Shown here: piece after piece, positions 47,203 through 50,336 of the stretch
Position numbering within the stretch: the stretch's first letter is position 1
Layout: each line of letters starts with the position of its first letter
From: Myxococcota bacterium
GTDB taxonomy: Bacteria; Myxococcota_A; UBA9160; SMWR01
NCBI GenBank assembly: GCA_041579295.1
Contig: JBFGGA010000002.1
Coordinates: forward strand, 1-50,336
Reading direction: 5' to 3'
DNA length: 50,336 nucleotides
Program-made: the position numbers and the translations under genes
Notes under the pieces: generated by a model
What the model was told of the DNA's origin: nothing
Database searches by the model: none
The model's input: only the letters and a program-made list of their open reading frames with translations

Positions 47203-47853
47203 CTAGGCGGGCGCACCGATCAGTTGCCGGGCCACCGCGACCGCGGAAATCGCGTCGTCCGCGTAGCCGTCGGCCCCGATCTCCTTGGCGAATTCGCTCG
47301 TGACGGGCGCGCCCCCGATCATCACCTTGACCTTCTCGCGCAAGCCGGCCTCGACGATCGAATCGATGATGCGCTTGTGCTCCAGGAGGGTGGTGGTGAG
47401 CAGCGCCGACGCGCCGACGATGTCGGCATCACACTGTTCGATCGCGGCGACGAATTCCTCCGCCTTCTTGTCGACCCCGATGTCGACGACCTCGAAGCCA
47501 TTTGCGGTCAGCATCGTCCCGACCAGCGTCTTGCCGATCTCGTGCTGGTCCCCCGCGACGGTGCCGAGCACGACCTTGCCGACCACCTCTCGTCGCTGTT
47601 CGCCGATCAGATTCGGCTCGAGGATCTCGAGCGCTGCCTTCATCGCGGCGGCGCCCTGGATCAACTCGGGAAGGAAGTAGGTGCCGTCGGAAAACAGCTC
47701 GCCGACCTCTTCGATGCCCTTCACCAGGCCTTCGTTGATGCACGCCAGCGGATCGACGCCCTGCTCCAGGGCCTGCGCGACCAACGCCTCGGCGTCTTCT
47801 TCCTCCCCCTCGATCACGGCCCGCGCCAGGTCCTCGAACAGCTGCTTCGACAT
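47203..47853 (-). CDS. cobalamin (corrinoid)-binding methyl-carrier protein (MtbC/MttC/MtgC-like)
   Basis: 216 aa from MSKQLFEDLA with AAGGAG 6 nt upstream. N-terminal helical cap plus B12-binding Rossmann domain with the DxHxxG motif (GDQHEIGK) and VKVMIGGAP. Confidence 0.85.
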   Translation of the reverse strand: MSKQLFEDLARAVIEGEEEDAEALVAQALEQGVDPLACINEGLVKGIEEVGELFSDGTYFLPELIQGAAAMKAALEILEPNLIGEQRREVVGKVVLGTVAGDQHEIGKTLVGTMLTANGFEVVDIGVDKKAEEFVAAIEQCDADIVGASALLTTTLLEHKRIIDSIVEAGLREKVKVMIGGAPVTSEFAKEIGADGYADDAISAVAVARQLIGAPA

Positions 47854-47927
47854 CGATTGCTCCTTTCCCACTGGTTCCCGTGGTTCTCAACGGTGCCGGT
47901 TTCTCATGCAAGAGACGAGCCAGCGCT

Positions 47928-49337
47928 TCACGTCGCATCCTTCGCCGCCGCGGCGAGCTCCCGATCGGCCTGGCTCGCGATCTCGCGCATGCTCGCGAGG
48001 GCGCTCTCGGGAGGCGCCGGGGCGCGATGGCGCTCGAGGATCTCGAGCGCCTCGTCGTGCACGAGGGCGAGCACGTCGCTGCCCGCGGGCGGCCAGACGC
48101 GCACGTACTCCTCGCGAAGCGACGCGAGGGTTTCGGGCCGCTTGAGGTAGTGCCGACCGATGCCCACCCGCTCGATGAGCTCCGCGGAGAGGTGTTCCTC
48201 GTCGATGCGAATCGGCCGCACCATGATCTCGAGCTCGCGCGCGAGGTGATTGTCGAACACGAGCTTTTCGAGCGACAGGGTCTGCGAGGAATCGAGCAGC
48301 CCCATGCTGAAGATCTCGTCCGCGCCGGCCAGGTAGGCGAGCAGGCAGGCGCTGCTGGCCTCGTATCCGTATTGGGCGTCGAGCGAAGATGAAGCCGTTC
48401 CCAGTCCCCCCAGGTTCACCGGCAGGTTGTAGAAGCGGGCGACGTCGACGAGCGCGAGCCGCATCGCGTTGCCGTCGGCGCTGTTCGCGTAGTTGCCCGA
48501 GACCATGTCGAGCTGCGCGGGCCCGGCCGCGTAGACCAGCGGCGCGCCCGGTGCAACGGCCTGGAACAGCGCCAGACCGCTCAGCACCTCGACGTTGTGC
48601 TGCAGGATGGTGCCGGCGGGGGGCAGCGGCGAGGTGGCACCCGCGAGCGGCATCGGGTGTAGAAGGATCGGAACGCGGAGCCGGGCGAGCTCCATGCAGG
48701 CCTCGGTCGCCGGGCCGTCGTGCATGAGCGGCGAGATGCTGCAGTGAACGGTCGAAAAGATCGGCCGGAATCGGTCCTCGCCGGTCGCAGCGCGCGCGAG
48801 TTCGACGATGAACGGCACCTGCTCCGGCTGGAGAACGCCCGTGCGCACGGGTTTGCTGGTGAGCTCGAAGGCGATCTGGAAGTGGCGGACCACCCGAGCG
48901 TGCGCGGGGACGTCGGTGGCCGCGACCATGACGTTGACGATGTCGATCTTGTCGAGCGCGTCTGCGAACAGGATGCCGCGGCGGAGGCTCTCCTCGTTCG
49001 AGGCAATGCGCTCGCGCGTTTCGAAATCGAGAGCACGCGTGCCCTGGCTGTCGGTGGTGTGGTGCGCGCACCGCCCGTCGAGAACGACGCTCCGCGCCGG
49101 ATCGCGCGCCTCGATCCGGACGACGCGCGGCGCCTGCTCGATCGCCCACTCGACGAACTTCCGCGGCAGGCTCGCCCAGGTTCGACCGTAATCGACCCGA
49201 CAGCCGTGGCGCTCGAGGACCTCCAGCGCGCGCGGCGTCTGGTAGTCGATGCCTACGCGTTCGAGCAGGTCGAGACTGCGCTCGTGGATGTGTTCGATCT
49301 CCGAGCTCGTCAGCGCCGGCATCAGCGATCTCGGCAT
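47928..49337 (-). CDS. MttB-superfamily corrinoid-dependent methyltransferase, non-pyrrolysine (paralogue 2)
   Basis: 469 aa from MPRSLMPALTSSEIEHIHERSLDLLERVGIDY, with AGGAGG SD. Uninterrupted ORF. Confidence 0.85.
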   Translation of the reverse strand: MPRSLMPALTSSEIEHIHERSLDLLERVGIDYQTPRALEVLERHGCRVDYGRTWASLPRKFVEWAIEQAPRVVRIEARDPARSVVLDGRCAHHTTDSQGTRALDFETRERIASNEESLRRGILFADALDKIDIVNVMVAATDVPAHARVVRHFQIAFELTSKPVRTGVLQPEQVPFIVELARAATGEDRFRPIFSTVHCSISPLMHDGPATEACMELARLRVPILLHPMPLAGATSPLPPAGTILQHNVEVLSGLALFQAVAPGAPLVYAAGPAQLDMVSGNYANSADGNAMRLALVDVARFYNLPVNLGGLGTASSSLDAQYGYEASSACLLAYLAGADEIFSMGLLDSSQTLSLEKLVFDNHLARELEIMVRPIRIDEEHLSAELIERVGIGRHYLKRPETLASLREEYVRVWPPAGSDVLALVHDEALEILERHRAPAPPESALASMREIASQADRELAAAAKDAT

Positions 49338-49476
49338 GACGGCCCCTCCTGCCGCGTTCGGCGTGTCCCCTTGCACCGCGTGCCAGCCCAGCGTAACGGG
49401 AATCAGACGGCGGATGATACGAAATGCCGGCAGCGCATCGGACGCGGTATGGTCCGCGCAGCCGGTTCGTCGACCG

Positions 49477-49494
49477 AGAGCCAGCGCTGGCTCT
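49477..49494. promoter_or_regulatory. 18-bp perfect palindrome in the divergent mttB promoter region (candidate operator)
   Basis: AGAGCCAGC|GCTGGCTCT sits in the 433-bp gap between divergently transcribed MttB-family genes. Confidence 0.3.
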
Positions 49495-49770
49495 GCGCCG
49501 ACGCGGGCCCGCTCTGGCGGGGTGCCGAACACGGAGTCCGGATGGGGCGATGTAGTGCATCCAACTCGCCGAAACGCGGCGCTTTGCCCCAGTCACGCCC
49601 GCGCCCCGCGAAAGCGAAGAGATGGCGCGAGGGGCCGGAGTCCCGCGCCGCCAGCGCCCCCGCTGGAGCGCGCAGCGAGGGGGCCAGCGCCCCTCGATGG
49701 ATGCGAAATTGGCATCCGAATTGCTCGAAGACGATCCAACCGAGACGACGGCACGACGAGGAGAAGAGCC

Positions 49771-50336
49771 GTGAGACCCACACTGAGCCTGCTGGATCGC
49801 GAGGCGATCGAACAGGTCCACCACGCCGCACTGGATCTGCTACAGAGCGTCGGCGTGAAGATCGGCTCCGAGCCGGCCAATGATCTGCTCCGCGAGGCCG
49901 GTCAACGGTTCGACCGCGGCTCGGGCGCGGTGAGGATCTCGCCCGATCTCGTGGAGCAGAGCGTTTCCAGGCTGCCGTCCCAAGTGCTGCTCGCGGGGCG
50001 CGACGAGACCCGAGACGCGCTGCTGGGCTCGGGCAGGGTACACACCTGCATCGACGGCCAGGGGACCTACGCGATCGATGCGGATTCGGGTCGACGGCGC
50101 CCCTCGGAGCTGGCCGACCTGGTCGCGGCGACGCGCCTTTCGGACGCCCTCGAGAGCGTGGATCTCTATTGGCCGACGGTGGTGCCCGGCGACGTGCCGC
50201 AATCGGTGCGCACGCTGGTGGAGGTGGCGGTCGGCTACATCCACACCTCGCGCCACATCCAGCACGAGATCAAGGACATCAGCGAGGCGCCGCTCCTGCT
50301 CGAGATGATCGACGTGCTGCTCGGCGACCGGCGCCG
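49771..50336 (+). CDS. MttB-superfamily methyltransferase (paralogue 3), 5' partial, runs off the window
   Basis: Not in the ORF track because it has no stop in the window. GTG 49771 has GAGGAG upstream. Translation VRPTLSLLDREAIEQVHHAALDLLQSVGVKIGSEPANDLLREAGQRFD...VRISPDLVEQSVSRLPSQVLLAGRD matches MttB-family N-termini. High GC3. Confidence 0.75.
   Translation, partial: MRPTLSLLDREAIEQVHHAALDLLQSVGVKIGSEPANDLLREAGQRFDRGSGAVRISPDLVEQSVSRLPSQVLLAGRDETRDALLGSGRVHTCIDGQGTYAIDADSGRRRPSELADLVAATRLSDALESVDLYWPTVVPGDVPQSVRTLVEVAVGYIHTSRHIQHEIKDISEAPLLLEMIDVLLGDRR

Noticed and set aside
45673-49337. Pyrrolysine (in-frame TAG) in the MttB-family genes
   Set aside because: Both complete genes are single uninterrupted ORFs of normal MttB length (484 and 469 aa). 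No in-frame amber codon is present and no pyl genes are in the window.
49338-49770. Cobalamin riboswitch in the long leader region of the corrinoid-methyltransferase genes
   Set aside because: I looked on both strands for the GGGAA...GGTG..AATCC core and the B12 box (AGYCMGGAGACCKGCC-like, GCCACTG). I found only a loose AACGGGAATCAG match. This cannot be excluded without a covariance-model search (Rfam RF00174).

Overview
Very GC-rich chromosomal segment from a diderm (Gram-negative) bacterium. FadL- and OprB-type outer-membrane proteins and a lipobox lipoprotein support this. The lineage looks like an uncultured delta-/myxobacteria-like or similar high-GC group, which is inference only. I support 46 protein-coding genes and find no rRNA, tRNA, CRISPR array, transposase or integrase. 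The many long Arg/Pro/Gly-rich ORFs antisense to real genes are GC artefacts.

Gene content, in order:
- NUDIX hydrolase, a conserved hypothetical, and a 67-aa histone-fold (DUF1931/Bd0055-like) protein.
- ltaE, a crotonase and ilvD.
- An NhaP-type antiporter with RCK domains.
- A 1021-aa TLC-like transporter/HEAT/cNMP-binding fusion.
- SRPBCC protein and a membrane-DCC fusion.
- An amine/redox block at 13.4-29.1 kb: FAD oxidoreductase, bioA, two luciferase-like (LLM) oxidoreductases, three more class-III aminotransferases, an FAH-family hydrolase, cysH and folK.
- Within that block, a tightly coupled aminotransferase/LuxE-like/LuxC-like operon.
- A complete Rrf2-regulated sufBCDSUT operon.
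- MFS transporter and alpha/beta hydrolase.
- A Fur-box-preceded OprB porin, FadL and a membrane protein.
- A degenerate rubredoxin/desaturase/unknown trio.
- Lipoprotein and Usp.
- A corrinoid methyltransferase cluster with three non-pyrrolysine MttB paralogues and one B12-binding protein. The last paralogue runs off the window and is absent from the ORF track.

Non-coding structure:
- A recurring GCGAATCC-N3-GGATTCGC REP-like hairpin family at 5 loci (7 copies).
- A 57-bp tandem array at the left edge.
- A 72-bp x4 tandem array between convergent genes.
- AT-rich promoter islands, three of them with a -10 hexamer exactly 8 nt from the start codon (leaderless candidates).

Most interesting candidates: the aminotransferase-LuxE-LuxC operon, the MttB/corrinoid cluster, the bacterial histone, the degenerate rubredoxin-desaturase module and the TLC-HEAT-cNMP fusion. 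All family calls rest on motifs read by eye; no database search was possible.
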